DNA of 61,192 nucleotides, the filler included, from Fonticula-like sp. SCN 57-25 (taxonomy: Eukaryota), in the NCBI GenBank assembly GCA_001724245.1. It is 10 parts of 10 records of this genome, joined end to end, with 100 filler letters (N's around TTAATTAATTAA, not from the genome) between each part and the next. Parts side by side here need not be neighbours in the genome. Positions count along the whole stretch, not along the records: positions 43,844 to 50,615 come from MEDX01000667.1; positions 50,716 to 55,795 come from MEDX01000668.1; positions 55,896 to 61,192 come from MEDX01000669.1; 7 more parts are not named here. One strand, 5' to 3'. Below are positions 46,801 through 58,630 of the stretch, in pieces. The notes beneath the pieces are model-generated. The model had not been told where the DNA came from, did no database searches, and saw only the letters and a program-made list of their open reading frames with translations. How positions within the stretch are numbered: position 1 is the first letter of the stretch; every line of letters begins with the position of its first letter. A program made the position numbers and the translations under genes.

Positions 46801-47304
46801 TGCGTTTTCCCTTGAGGAAATCGCGCATGGAATTATCCTTCGCAACGAGTTTAAAAAGGTGATGAAGCGCGGTGATAAGCGATTCAAATTTGCGCTTGGA
46901 AATGAGAATCGCGCGCCATTTGCTCTTTCTCTCTTTACAAAGGGAACTCCAACGGTACGCAGATATATATTTTGGACTACTCTACTCACACATTTTATAA
47001 ACAGATTCGCGTGTACTCGCCCGACACGCTTGACACGTCCCTCACTCGCGCGATGCAGGCCTTTCTGCGCATCAACGCGCAGCTCCACCCCGAAAAGGAA
47101 AAAGTGATCCTGCCCGCCATCTGCAAGGATATATTTGCAAGTTACTTTAAGAAGCGCAACGACGACATGGTTCGCTATATTGCGTCAGCGCTGACAAACG
47201 ACCAAACGGGAAAGATCGAGACGTGGCTCGCGCGGCGGGTCAAAGTGTCGGTCGCGTTCGATGAGCCGGACTGGACCGTGTGGCCCTTTTTTGGTTCCAA
47301 TTGA
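43844..47304 (+). CDS. RasGAP domain fused to two DUF547-like domains, 5'-partial, spliced
   Basis: RasGAP motifs LFRTNS, YEVDP, FFFLRYLCPAVVSP, LIAKTLQLIAN, KEPFL. Then twice [S/A]FW.NV.N...LH / Y.[I/V].G..F.LE.I..G.LR / R..F / IR.[F/Y].P..L...L......FL. Confidence 0.75.
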
Positions 47305-47458
47305 GACAAGTGCAAGTGCATCAATGGTCTGCGGTGAATACCCCGCAGGTATATATTAAAGAGAGGTATGTATTTCAGAATTCCAATTAATCATCATACA
47401 TGGTCAATATCAAATAATTGCATATACTTTTACACAAAACAGCCCTGGCCCGTTCACA

Positions 47459-50400
47459 TTATTCATCGCTTGAAGGCACCGAAAACACAACCTTGCAAAC
47501 GTTACCGTACTGCTCCACAAACGGCACAAAGGGCGCAGTCACCTGATGACCAGCGGTATCTACACAGCAATATTAGCATTATGAAAGGCATGTCAAAAGC
47601 AGCGCACCAATCCGACGGCCTTTATAGGTGAAAAACACGACCGAGTTTGAATCGACGCCGCAGCCCCACGGCACGTTTGACACGGAATCAGCGTCGTATT
47701 GGCCGTCGGGGAGCTCTGCGCGCGCCTCTGCCGTCAATGGCGCCGGCGCATCTTGCGGGTCAATGCCAGCGGGGGAGATCATCGTCTATGGTCAATGCCA
47801 GCGGGGGAGATCATCGTCTATAATAAAGGGTTAGATATCCGCTTTGAACAAGGAAAAAAAACGTACCGCGCCGTCATCGCTCAGCTGCAACGCAACAATA
47901 CTGCCGGCCGCATCAAGCACGCCAAATTCGCACCACGCACTATCACACAAAGAGTTTTAGCTCAACCCAATTGACATCTACTGATGCGCACCTTCCATGC
48001 AGCTTGCCAAAGCAGAGCTCATAGTACAGTGGGCATTCCTCCCACTTTTGCTTTGAGCTCCCCACGTGAGCGATACTGGCACGCTCAGAATCCCGCTCGC
48101 GTTCATTGCGGCAAGCCCATCGCTGACAGTGGACCCGGGCGTCTCGCTGCTGATAGGCGTGTCGAGCGAGCTTGTGATGGGCAGCGCGGCCGTCGACAGC
48201 CGCGGGCCCTTGAGGAGCGGCGGCGGCGACGCCGAAACGTCGTCCAGCGGCAGGTAGTCCTCGATGGGGTACGCGATGCCGTGCGGCCCGTCGCCAAAGG
48301 AGAACTCGACCTGCTGCCCGGGCATCAGAGTGATCGCAGGGTACCACGATCGCTGTAATTGAATGGTCAGCAACAGCATCAATCAGGCACAAAAAAGCGC
48401 CAAATTGCATATAAATGTATCTAAACGCACCTTTTCGGTCAGAGTAAATTGTGCGTCCTGCACGACCTTGCCATTCATGGCAAACCGCATTGTCGAGTTG
48501 TCCATGTCGAGGAGGCATCCAATGACGGTCCCGCTTGCCCACCTCTCGCCGTCGTACGACATTGGCGCCGCCGTCCCGTGCCACAGGTACCTTCTATCGC
48601 CGTCAAACGCGTACGATTGGTCCGTGTCGCCGATGCCGATGCCCATCTGGGCGTCGAGGCGGCTGCTCAGCATGCTCCAGCCAATCTGCATGGTGCCCGA
48701 CGAGGCAAGACACACTTCATACATCCAGCGGCCGCTCGACGGAGCGGGGCGGTCCGCAAGAATGCTCTCAAAGGTCCACGCGTCATTGCGAACAGTCAGG
48801 CCGTCGGGTAATACAACAATATTGTCCGTCTGGTTCACCCGAGAGAGCGTGATGGACGAGCCGGGAAGGATCGCAGGTGATCCGGCGCTCACGCAGATCG
48901 TGCACAAAAGGTACTGGCAGTACGCGTGGACGCCAAGGGCAGAGCACTCGCGCTGAAGCTGCGTCAGCGGGGGGACAAGCGTCGACGCGCGAAGCTCCAC
49001 CGACGGGGCTAGAATCCACATCACAGTCAGAAAGGAAGAATAACATCTTTAAAAGCGCACCAAATCGGACAATAAACGTCAAAAGCCTGAGAATGTCGGT
49101 TGTGAATTGAACATGTGGCAGCTGAAGGGCATCTGGAAGCGCGTCCGGCTGGACCTGAATAGCGCGCGTGCACAGATCAACCACGTTCAGATTCTCTACG
49201 AGAAGCGCGAGCGCCTTGCTGCTGCGCTGCACGAAACTGGCGAGGCCGACGGAAAGAAGACTAGCCGCCGTGAGGTACCGGCCGACAACCGCCGACGATA
49301 CTAAAGCCGTGCATGTTAGTAGATATTTTCCTGCCACTAAAGTCACGCACATTCCAACTCTTCCAAAGTCCTTTCGATGATGGCAACCGCCCGTTCGCAA
49401 ATGTAGGCCGCCTGCGGGTGGTCAGTGACCGCACCGTGAAGCGCGCCCGATTGAAGGTACACAATCATGAGGTGAAGAGAAGAAAAGGTCCGGGCGTCAA
49501 TCATGAGGTGAAGAGAAGAAAAGGTCCGGGCGTCACGCGACGCAACAACATCATCTGATAATAAAATATGATAAATAAAATGATTCAGGGCAAATATCAG
49601 AAGTCATACCCGACAGGAACTTGTCCGTTTCGCTGGGTATAAACTCGGTCAGCATGGCGGCAATATTGGCGACCAGGGGCTTTGCGATAGTATCGGCGAC
49701 GATCTGGCGGCAGGAAGGCTCCTTGCGGGCAAGCATGACCGACGTGTTGCCGACCAGCTCGGCCATCCCTTCCTCTGCGCGGAAAGCGGTGCTCGCCAAA
49801 AGCTCAATCAACCTCGACGGGATCTCGAGCCCAACGAGCCGCACAACGCCTGAAAGACATCATTTAGCACAAGAGTTCGAAATAAAAGGTACGTACTGGA
49901 TCGATTCACCAAATTCCAGAGCGCGAGAACGGCCCAATTTGCGTCGACCCAGCGGCTGACACTTGCGACCGCGTCCACGAGGCCGGTCCTCGACAGCGTC
50001 TCTATTTCGTCCAGTGACCGCACTGCGCCCGCCGGGTTAGCACAAAAAGCTAGCTACCGTCACATACCGCCATCAAAGACGTTTCCGACGATGACCGCGA
50101 CCATCCGGCACGCTTCGCGGTCTTCTGTGCCGAGAACCTGAGCGAGCACATGCGCGCACTTGTCGATAATATAGCCATGGAAATTACCTGTTGACCCAGT
50201 CAATACTCTGACCAAATTGAACAAGGGAGACGCACTGTTGTAGGACAGTTCCTCGACAAGGGGCAGGACAGTCGAAATGCTGTCCGACTCTGTGGTGAGC
50301 AGGCCCACAAGCAGTGGTACCGCGCCGCCCTCATCAAGCCTCTCAACAAACGGAGCTATCGATGCCGCAATCAGCACACATATGAAATGGATGTGTGACG

Positions 50401-50615
50401 TACGGTATGCCGAGATAAGGTGCCGGATCATAACAACGAGCACCATATGAACGCTCTCGTCCTGGGACGACTGAAGCACGTCCGAGATGAGCCGCAAGGA
50501 TGACTTGGCCTTGGCGATGCTGACACACCCGACGCGCTTGGTGGCAAACTCGTGCATGATGCCCAGCGTCCAGAATTGGAGCTCGTAGCTGTCGACTGAG
50601 GAGACGAATCAGTAT
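47459..50615 (-). CDS. ARM-like helical repeats + SPRY + second divergent SPRY protein, 5'-partial, spliced
   Basis: DGLTVRNDAWTFESI..GRWMYEV..SGTMQIGW..GIGDTDQSYAFDG..W..GTVIGCLLDMD..YPAITL (RSPRY1/RNF123-type SPRY); later LYYELC and WGCGVD..VFFTYKG. Exon joins are partly inferred. Confidence 0.7.
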
Positions 50616-50715
50616 NNNNNNNNNNNNNNNNNNNNNNNNNNNNNNNNNNNNNNNNNNNNTTAATTAATTAANNNNNNNNNNNNNNNNNNNNNNNNNNNNN
50701 NNNNNNNNNNNNNNN
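50616..50715. other. Artificial contig linker
   Basis: N-TTAATTAATTAA-N. Confidence 0.98.
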
Positions 50716-52767
50716 ACCCAAGTTGTTGTACAAAACAAGTGGAGCAGTATCACCTGAATTGAGCATGGAAATGATATGTACATCACGACTAATAGGTAAT
50801 GATTTCTTCTGGTCAGCATCTCTTTGCATTAAGACGCTCAATGATTGTGCAGCAACCTGGTCTGAATCAACTGTCGCAGCGTCAATGTCGTCAATGTACA
50901 TTTTGGTTACGTGCTCTCTTTCGGTACCAGTTATACCATCGTGCTGAACAAGAAGATGGTTAGATGAAAATAGAAATTCAACAGGAATTGGTAATCAAAC
51001 ATACATGTTGGACATTGGCATAGGCTATCCGAAGATTGTAAAGTTTCTCGAAGCTGCTCCATCGGTCGATATTTCGCTCAACACGAGCAATTGAGAAGAG
51101 GGTTTCACATGTTCGAGCCTGTCGCTCAGCTTGTCTTGCAGCTTCCTTAACTTTTGGCACAGAGGTAAAGTAGCCAGTCCAAAACGAATTTGCATTGTCA
51201 GCATATGGCTATGAGAAAAAAAAAACAAATGAAAACCGGTATGAGAGGTCTAACTGCCTACAATCCAAGAGTATCGAACCTGGAAGTCTCCTCGATATAC
51301 TGGCCATTCATTAACGGGCTTGGCTTTGATAACTGCATCAAAATATTCAGAAAGTGTGGCAAACTGCAATTTGAAGCCAAGTTCAGGGCGTGCATTAATG
51401 TGATCTAATTGGGTAACTGTAAGCAGCTGTGCAATTATCAACCAAACACATACCAATCAAGCGAGTCATGTTGCCAAACATATACTCAGCCCATGTAAAC
51501 TCGAAATCATCACCAAATGGCACCAAGATGTTATTTGTAGCAAACCAAGAGGCACGTTCTCTTAAAATAGCAACAAGTTTACCAGCTCTTGCCTCAATAT
51601 TCTGTGGTGTGATGGCAGGGCTTTCGGATGGCCTTTGCCAATCGAATGATCTGGGTTTTTTTTAGAAGGACAGTGTGAGAGATTCAATTTTGGTTTTCAA
51701 CAAACGGTGGTGCAGAGTAGTGGGAATCCAATACATGCGAGAAGATGCGTGATTTTTGACCCAAATTCGCACTGCCTTCCCACATGCATTGAAGAAACTT
51801 TTCCTTCTTGTANNNNNNNNNNNNNNNNNNNNNNNNNNNNNNNNNNNNNNNNNNNNNNNNNNNNNNNNNNNNNNGTTTGAATACCACTGGCCCCAAATGG
51901 ATCAATCTGCCAGCCAACACGTGGAACACCAAACTCTCCAAATTCTGAACAAGAGTGAACAAGATGGGAGGGAGAAAAGGGTGAGCAAGATGGAGGAGGA
52001 AAGCGTAAACCAACCGTTAACCAAGAAGGAATGTCCCAGTGTCATTTGGTCAATAATGGAACTGTAGGTGCAAAGTGCTCTAGAGACAGACAGACACAAG
52101 TTATGCACATATTGCGACGGAAATGCTAACATACTCGTCGTTCATCACAAAACCGCCAATGATGAATTCAATTTGTTGCGTCTTTGTCAGCAAATACCGG
52201 AACTGTTGCCGCTGTGTATTGGTTGCAGTTTTCCACCACTTGTAGAAGAAGGCACTGTAGTTGCGTGTACCAAGAAGCATCGTATTGACGTTAATTCGTT
52301 TGGAAATGTGTGAGTGTGAACATTATTCGTTTGGAATTGTGAGAATGTGAAAATGTGAGCACCATTTGTTGCGTGAACAGCAGAGCACAAACGTACGTTT
52401 CAACCCAAATGAACTTGCGGGCACGATCTTTCATGAGAGCCTCCACCGTGTTGTCAAGGATAGTCTTTACAGTTTCGTAATAGTACTCATCGATAGTCTT
52501 GAGCCATCCAACATCGCAATGACTGTGCGAAAAAAACAAAAAGGCGAGAAATGGGAGCGTTAGTAAGTTCACAAGAGAATGAACCAGCAAATAAGTCAGC
52601 AAATGAATGAATGTGATGAGGATCTTGTGGAAAAACCTGTGTACTGCGTACCTATGTGGGACAATAAACACATTTACAGGTCCTTGACTAGCGTAAATAG
52701 TGCTACCAGCACAGAGAAGAAGAACAACCAGCAGTAGGAAAAGGAGGGGAAGTCGACTACTTTTCAT
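50716..52767 (-). CDS. GH38 (lysosomal-type) alpha-mannosidase, 3'-partial, spliced
   Basis: Signal peptide, VFIVPH|SHCDVGWLKTIDEYY, RKFIWVE, EFIIGG.VMNDE, WQIDPFG, NILVPFGDDF, ATLSEYF. Confidence 0.92.
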
Positions 52768-52943
52768 TCTGTTGAACTATCAGCAATATACCAAAGTTGA
52801 CCCCCCTTTTGCGCCCATAAGAGAAGCAAGCGCACCGCAACAACCACTGGTTTTCCGTCGCGCGCTGTCCTACTCGCGCCCCTTCCAAGTCACCCAAAAA
52901 TACATTCAGTCAACTGAAAAGTAAACATTTCCGAAGAACTGTA

Positions 52944-54407
52944 ATGAACAAGGTGCAGCAACTCGATGCGCAAGCGCAGCGCGAGGTACCTGCGTGCCAC
53001 ACGGGCGAACCTGCGCAGTTTTTCCAGCTCGGTGCGGGGTTCCTGCGGACCGCAGGGGAGAGCAAGAAGCACGGGAATTTGGAGCAGGCGTACCTCCATT
53101 TGCGGAAATACGTGATTTTGGTGCAGGAGCGACTCCCAGAGAACCCGCTGGTGCGCGACAATCCGCAGATGCGCGACGAGTACTACTTCAATGTCGAGAA
53201 GTGCAACACCCTGAGCAACGAACTGACGAATCTTCAGAGTGTGCTTGGCGGTAACTCAAAACCACTCCCACTGCCGCCCAGCAGCCAAAAGTTACCGCAG
53301 CAGAGAAGTGTTCCACCACCACCACAGAAATCTGTTCCACAACCAAATCTACCACCACAGAAATCTGTTCCACAGACAAATCTACCACCACCACCAGTGC
53401 AACAAGCGAATCTACCGCCACCACCATTTCATCAGGCAAATCTTCCACCACCGCCAGTCCAGAAAAATCTTCCACCACCACCAGTGACATCTCAGCCAGT
53501 GGTGGAAGTGGGGGAGAGTCCTTCTTCTTCTTCGTCTGGAGTGGGAGGGTATCTCAAGTCTTGGTTCGGAAAATCGTCTTCGCAACCACCAGCTGCAGAG
53601 AAGAGAGAGTTATCTCAGCCACAACAACAACAAGTTGTAGTGGCACAACGGAATTTACCACCACCACCAAGGGGTGCAGTGGATAGCCAGATGAAACCAC
53701 ATGAAAAGTATATTGCAAATCAAGTACGTTCTTGTGTGTATGTGTTTGTGTATGTGTTGTATGTGTTTGTGCATGAATGTGTGTGAGTGTTTGTGTTGTA
53801 TGTGTTGTATGCGTTGTATGCGTTTGTGTGTGTGTGAGTGTGTTGTGTGAGTGTGTTGTGTATATATGTGTTGTGCATGTATTTGTCGAGCTAGTGCTGA
53901 TCAATTGATTGTTGATTTTAGGCTGAAAAGGTAATGATGAATGAACAAGTGCAAGAAAAAGTTGGTGCTTCAGTTGCCAAATTAGCAAAAAACTCTGCTG
54001 TACAAGAAAAGGTTGCCAGTGGTGTTGCAAATGCTGCTCAAAATAAGGAATACCAAAAATCCATTGGAAGCTCAATTGCTGCTAATTCTGAAAGCGCAAT
54101 TGTCAAGAACTTGGCACAGAACGAAACTGTTCAACACGCAGTTGGAACTGCAGTTGCGAAAACAGTTGGCAATAAGGAAGTGCAGCAAAAAGTGGGTGCA
54201 GCAATTGCACATGCCGCACAAGATAAAGAGACACAGAAGAAGGTTGCAAGCGGCCTTTTCACACTGGGCAAGTATGCCCTTGCTGGTGCCAAGGAGGGCG
54301 CAAAATTGGGAGCAAAAGCAACAGTGCAGGGCTCCAAACTTGCTGTTGCTGCATACCAAGAATACAACAAGCAAGAGGAAGAGAAGAAGGCACAGGAGAA
54401 CAAATAA
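52944..54407 (+). CDS. Protein with USP8/AMSH-type MIT-like N-terminus, Pro-rich repeats and an Ala/Lys/Gln helical-repeat C-terminus
   Basis: GNLEQAYLHLRKYVILVQERLPENP; repeated NLPPPP; a phase-0 intron 53724-53921 joins the two ORFs; repeated NxxVQxKVxxxxA units. Confidence 0.6.
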
Positions 54408-54426
54408 ACTCTTGGCAGTCAAAATG

Positions 54427-55795
54427 TCAGAAGTCAATATTATTTGGCTGTTCTTGTTTCTCGGCAGTGGCTGCCTTCTGCAACTTTCTCAATTTTCCCT
54501 GTCGAATCTTGCCACCACTCTCATAGACGCTGATCTTTGCTTGTCCCCTATTGAGTCCATCCAGGTACACACAGGCACGACACACCTTCTGGCTACTAAT
54601 GTAGCCACATTTTTCGCATTTCATGAGTGTTTGCTGCTTGATCCCAGTCAGATTGAAATTAAATGTTTCTGCTGCCTGTATAATGTCAATAATGGACTGT
54701 GGGCGGATTCTCTCCAGATCCTTGATGAGATCGCGAGCCAAACCTCTGTACGCATTTGGCGAATAGACGCATTCGGTGGTGAAGTAGTCCAGTTTCTTAA
54801 AGTAGGCATACATCACGATCTCCTTCTCGTAGGTGTATTTGAACGGTTTGGCACGCGGGACAATACCACCATTTTCGTCATGCGTGACAATGGAAATGCA
54901 GCGTTGCAAACGGGCAATATCACCTCTTAAAACTATGAATGGGTGTCATTGGTAATTGTGTGTGCATGTGTGTTGTAGATAATTGTTTGTTGTAATTGTT
55001 GTTAATCGAATTGTGAGACGTGATAGTAATAATTGAATTGTGAGTAACATTAACAAAATTTCGAATTGCATTGTAAATCGAATTGTGTAATGTTAGTGTT
55101 CGCACGTTGTAACGAAAGAAAAAAAAAACACCGTACAATTCATGAGCACTGTTTCTGCAATGTCGTCAGCATTGTGTCCGGTCACCATTTTATCAACTTT
55201 GAGAAGCTCGCAGCCGCGATCTAGCGCCTGTCTTCTGAACACTCCACAGAAGGAGCAGTTGTTCTTCAGTCCAACCTGCAGCACAATTTCATCCATTGTC
55301 CAGCCGTACAGCTCCTTGTAACTCACAACTAGCAGTGGTAAATTGTACTGAATCTTGTTTCGTTCCACGGTTTTCAACGACTCGTCACGGTACCCCTTGA
55401 TACCTATTGTTTTTCAGAAATTATCAATCTATCTCTGTCTCTCATGTATCACACAACACATAATGTATCACAATTGAACACACCACACGTATCACAACTG
55501 AACACACCATGTATCACAATTCAACACATCACCATGTATCGCTTCACTCGCGTACCTTCATCAACACTGAGCAAAAATAATTGCAGGCCATAGTCGTAGC
55601 GCTCGTTCAACGTTTTCATAACATGGGCTAGAACGGTAGAGTCTTTTCCTCCGGAAACGGCAATCGTCACACGCTCTCCCCTCTTGAACAAATTTCCCTG
55701 CACAATTGTCTGGTGAATTTCGTACTCAAAGATCGCATAGAAGCAATCCTTGCAAATCATCTCCCCAGTTTTGGGCCTCTTCAACTGCGCCTTGT
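54427..55795 (-). CDS. CTU1: Cytoplasmic tRNA 2-thiolation protein 1, 5'-partial, spliced
   Basis: [23 protein letters not shown]-loop, [62 protein letters not shown]. Confidence 0.95.
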
Positions 55796-55895
55796 NNNNN
55801 NNNNNNNNNNNNNNNNNNNNNNNNNNNNNNNNNNNNNNNTTAATTAATTAANNNNNNNNNNNNNNNNNNNNNNNNNNNNNNNNNNNNNNNNNNNN
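55796..55895. other. Artificial contig linker
   Basis: N-TTAATTAATTAA-N. Confidence 0.98.
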
Positions 55896-55932
55896 GTCGC
55901 GCGCGCACACTGGCCGCCCCCGCCGCGTCGGC

Positions 55933-57921
55933 CTAGCACATCTGTAGCCCGCCGCGGCCCTGGAACGCCGCCCACCGGTCATCGAGCCACCTCTTGTTGC
56001 GCTCGTCGCTCGTCACCGGCTGCTGCATCTGCATCTGCTGCTGCATCATCATGCCAGGCGGCGCGAAACCGCCCATCTGCGGCGCCCACCGCTGCATGGT
56101 CGGCACGACGGGCACCGGCTGGTGCACGGCGGGGTACATGGGCGGCTGCTGCATGTTGAGCAACATGTCGACAGTGACGAGCTCGGCCGACGTCGCGCGC
56201 AGGATCTGGTCGTGCACGTGCGTGTCGCGCGTCAGCATCGCCTCGTCCGTGTGCGACAGCAGCGTCGCGAGCGACGGCCGCCGGCGCGACGTGGCGCGAA
56301 GACGCTCAGTCTCGGACGGCTCAAGGCACTGGTGCTGCGGCGCAGTCGTCGTCGCAGTCAGCGTCGTCGCCTGCTGCTGCTGCTGCTGCTGCTGCTGCTT
56401 CTGGTGAAGGTGTTGCTGCAGCGCGTGGTGCGGGTGCTGCTGCTGCTGATGGTGGTGGTGGGGCTGGTGGTGGTGGAGGTGCGCGAGCGGGTTGGGCGCC
56501 GAGAGCCTCCTCGGCCTGTACTGGTAGGCGGTCCACCCCCGCGCGGGCGCCGGCGCGAGCGTCGGCATGGCGTTCATGAGCGCCGGGACGATATTGGCGT
56601 TGGCGAGGCTGGCCGAGATGCGCCCGCGGCGGCGCTTGCGGGGCCGCTCGGGATCGGCGGACGACGGCGCCGGCGAGCGGCCACTGAGGTCACCCGAGCT
56701 CACGCTGTCGGCGGCGGACGCGGGCGACGACGGCGACGACGAGAGCGACGACGGCGAGCCGGGCGGCGAGCTCTCATTCTTGATCGACTTTAGGTGCGCG
56801 GCCTCGGTCGCGGACGGCGGCGGCGACAGCGGCGCCTTGGCCTCGACGTATGCGGGCATGGGCGCGGCGGCGCCGATGCGCACAAAGTCGGTCGGCGGCG
56901 CGCGGCGGTCCATCACGCACAGGCGCTTAAAGGCGGGCGCCTCGGCGGCGGCAGTGCCGGCCGGCGAAGACGCCTCGTCCTGCTGCTGCGGGCCGGCGGC
57001 GGAGGTGGCGGCGGCGGCGGAGAGCGGGATGGAGCGGCAGCGGCGCACGGGCGTGTGCACGCACGAGACGTAGCCCTCCTGCTGCGCGCAGAGCGGCTCG
57101 GCCGTAAAGACGCCGCAGCGGTCAACGTCAAGGCGGAAGAAGGCAAGCATCTTGCGCGGGTTCAGCAGCGTCGTGCGGATTGTCTCCTCGGTAAAGGGCG
57201 TCGCGCTGTACATGAGCGCGTTGTGCATCAGCGCGCTGTACGCCTGAAGCATCTGCTCGCGCGTAGAGAACTGAACGTAGAGGTCAAAGTTGGAGGGGTG
57301 CTTGGCGTTGATGCAGATCATGATCTGCTTCACCTCGCCGTAGCGGCCAAACGACTTGCGCACAAGGTCCTCGTCAACTTCACTCGACGGGCCCGTGCTG
57401 AAGAAGCGGACGGAAAGACTGCGCAATACAACAGTGTTGAAGGGGACGCTCTGGCGGTGCGCTGCGCAAAGGGAAAAGTGGTTAGAAAAACAGCGGCGCC
57501 GGCGAGCAAGCGTACCCTCTGGCCTCTTTGCGTCTTCCTCGAGGAGCGCCTCGACCGACGGGATGCTCGTGCGCACAAGCACGGCGCGGAGCGGGATTCC
57601 GTTCTCGACCCACACGGGCGTGTCGGCGGCCCATCTCCGCTCGAGCGAGTCTGCCGCGCTGCGGTGCAGGACGGCAGACAGCACGCACACGACAATCACA
57701 TCGGACGTCGGGTCCGACACCGCGGGCTTGTCCAGGCACAGCGGAATTGGGTCCATGTCGCTCAGCTGCTGCCAGAGGCTTTCACGGACGCGCCAGGGAT
57801 TGACCAGCTTGGCAGACGTGGCAGGCGCCGTCGTCTCCACCTCGACGCGCACCGTCTCCACCTGCACTAACCGCAGGTGATCGCTGAAAAACGCCGCGTC
57901 CGGCAACTCACTACTCGTCAT
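55933..57921 (-). CDS. AKAP17A-like RRM protein with a low-complexity His/Gln tail
   Basis: NTVVLRSLSVRFF..EDLVRKSFGRYGEVK..FDLYVQF..AYSAL resembles the AKAP17A RRM. Probable in-frame 54-nt intron 57462-57515 (GTACG..CTAAC..CAG). Confidence 0.6.
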   Translation of the reverse strand: MTSSELPDAAFFSDHLRLVQVETVRVEVETTAPATSAKLVNPWRVRESLWQQLSDMDPIPLCLDKPAVSDPTSDVIVVCVLSAVLHRSAADSLERRWAADTPVWVENGIPLRAVLVRTSIPSVEALLEEDAKRPEGTLARRRRCFSNHFSLCAAHRQSVPFNTVVLRSLSVRFFSTGPSSEVDEDLVRKSFGRYGEVKQIMICINAKHPSNFDLYVQFSTREQMLQAYSALMHNALMYSATPFTEETIRTTLLNPRKMLAFFRLDVDRCGVFTAEPLCAQQEGYVSCVHTPVRRCRSIPLSAAAATSAAGPQQQDEASSPAGTAAAEAPAFKRLCVMDRRAPPTDFVRIGAAAPMPAYVEAKAPLSPPPSATEAAHLKSIKNESSPPGSPSSLSSSPSSPASAADSVSSGDLSGRSPAPSSADPERPRKRRRGRISASLANANIVPALMNAMPTLAPAPARGWTAYQYRPRRLSAPNPLAHLHHHQPHHHHQQQQHPHHALQQHLHQKQQQQQQQQQATTLTATTTAPQHQCLEPSETERLRATSRRRPSLATLLSHTDEAMLTRDTHVHDQILRATSAELVTVDMLLNMQQPPMYPAVHQPVPVVPTMQRWAPQMGGFAPPGMMMQQQMQMQQPVTSDERNKRWLDDRWAAFQGRGGLQMC

Positions 57922-58630
57922 GCTGGAAGAATAAAAGAAACCAGCGATGCAAGCGAAAGGCTTTTGAGGAAATTATGCCTCTTTGCAGCCACGATTATCC
58001 CCTTTCCAACGGAAGAAAGGCGGGGGACGTGGAATGGGCAAGGCCGATGGCGGCGACAGTCCCGCGAAATCAAGCAAGCTCACGACTACTCGTCACGGTG
58101 ACGTATGCTCCTTAACGCCTCCTCCTGAAATTCGGCTCCCTTTGCTCAAAATAGGGCGTTGCTTCTGGTTCGGTTAAGTATTAGTCAGCAGAGGTCGAGG
58201 TGAAACATGTTGCAAAGAAGGTACCCTACCTATTGATCCCGTGACGTCAACGTCCAGGGGTCTTCCTGATATACTAGGGTCGTCTGCCGCGGAAAACGAG
58301 CAAGGCAGTTACGCGAGTCGGCGGATGCGGATCGCGGTGTAAGAGCGGCTGATCCGTCGGCCAGCAGCAGAGAATTCGCTCCCGCGAAGCTGCCCACGGG
58401 CGAATACTTGGCCAGGCTCAGATGATTAGGCCCAGCACGACGATTGGTCCAGCCCATCTTGCAAACTACCTTTTTTGGCAAATATTCGCAAAATAATCCG
58501 AGCCCAGACGTTCCTTTCGATCGATCAACAAATCTCCTGTCCACAGCCTGTTGGCATGCATGGTGACATTCTTGTGAACATGGCTGTGGCAGTGCTGTGC
58601 CAGATTCGTGACAGCGAGCTGACCGATATC

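Noticed and set aside
55994-57880. Long antisense and alternate-frame ORFs here and in other GC-rich genes (e.g. 13909-14868, 17921-18535, 37010-37921)
   Set aside because: These are shadow ORFs expected from high GC and codon bias, with no recognisable motifs.
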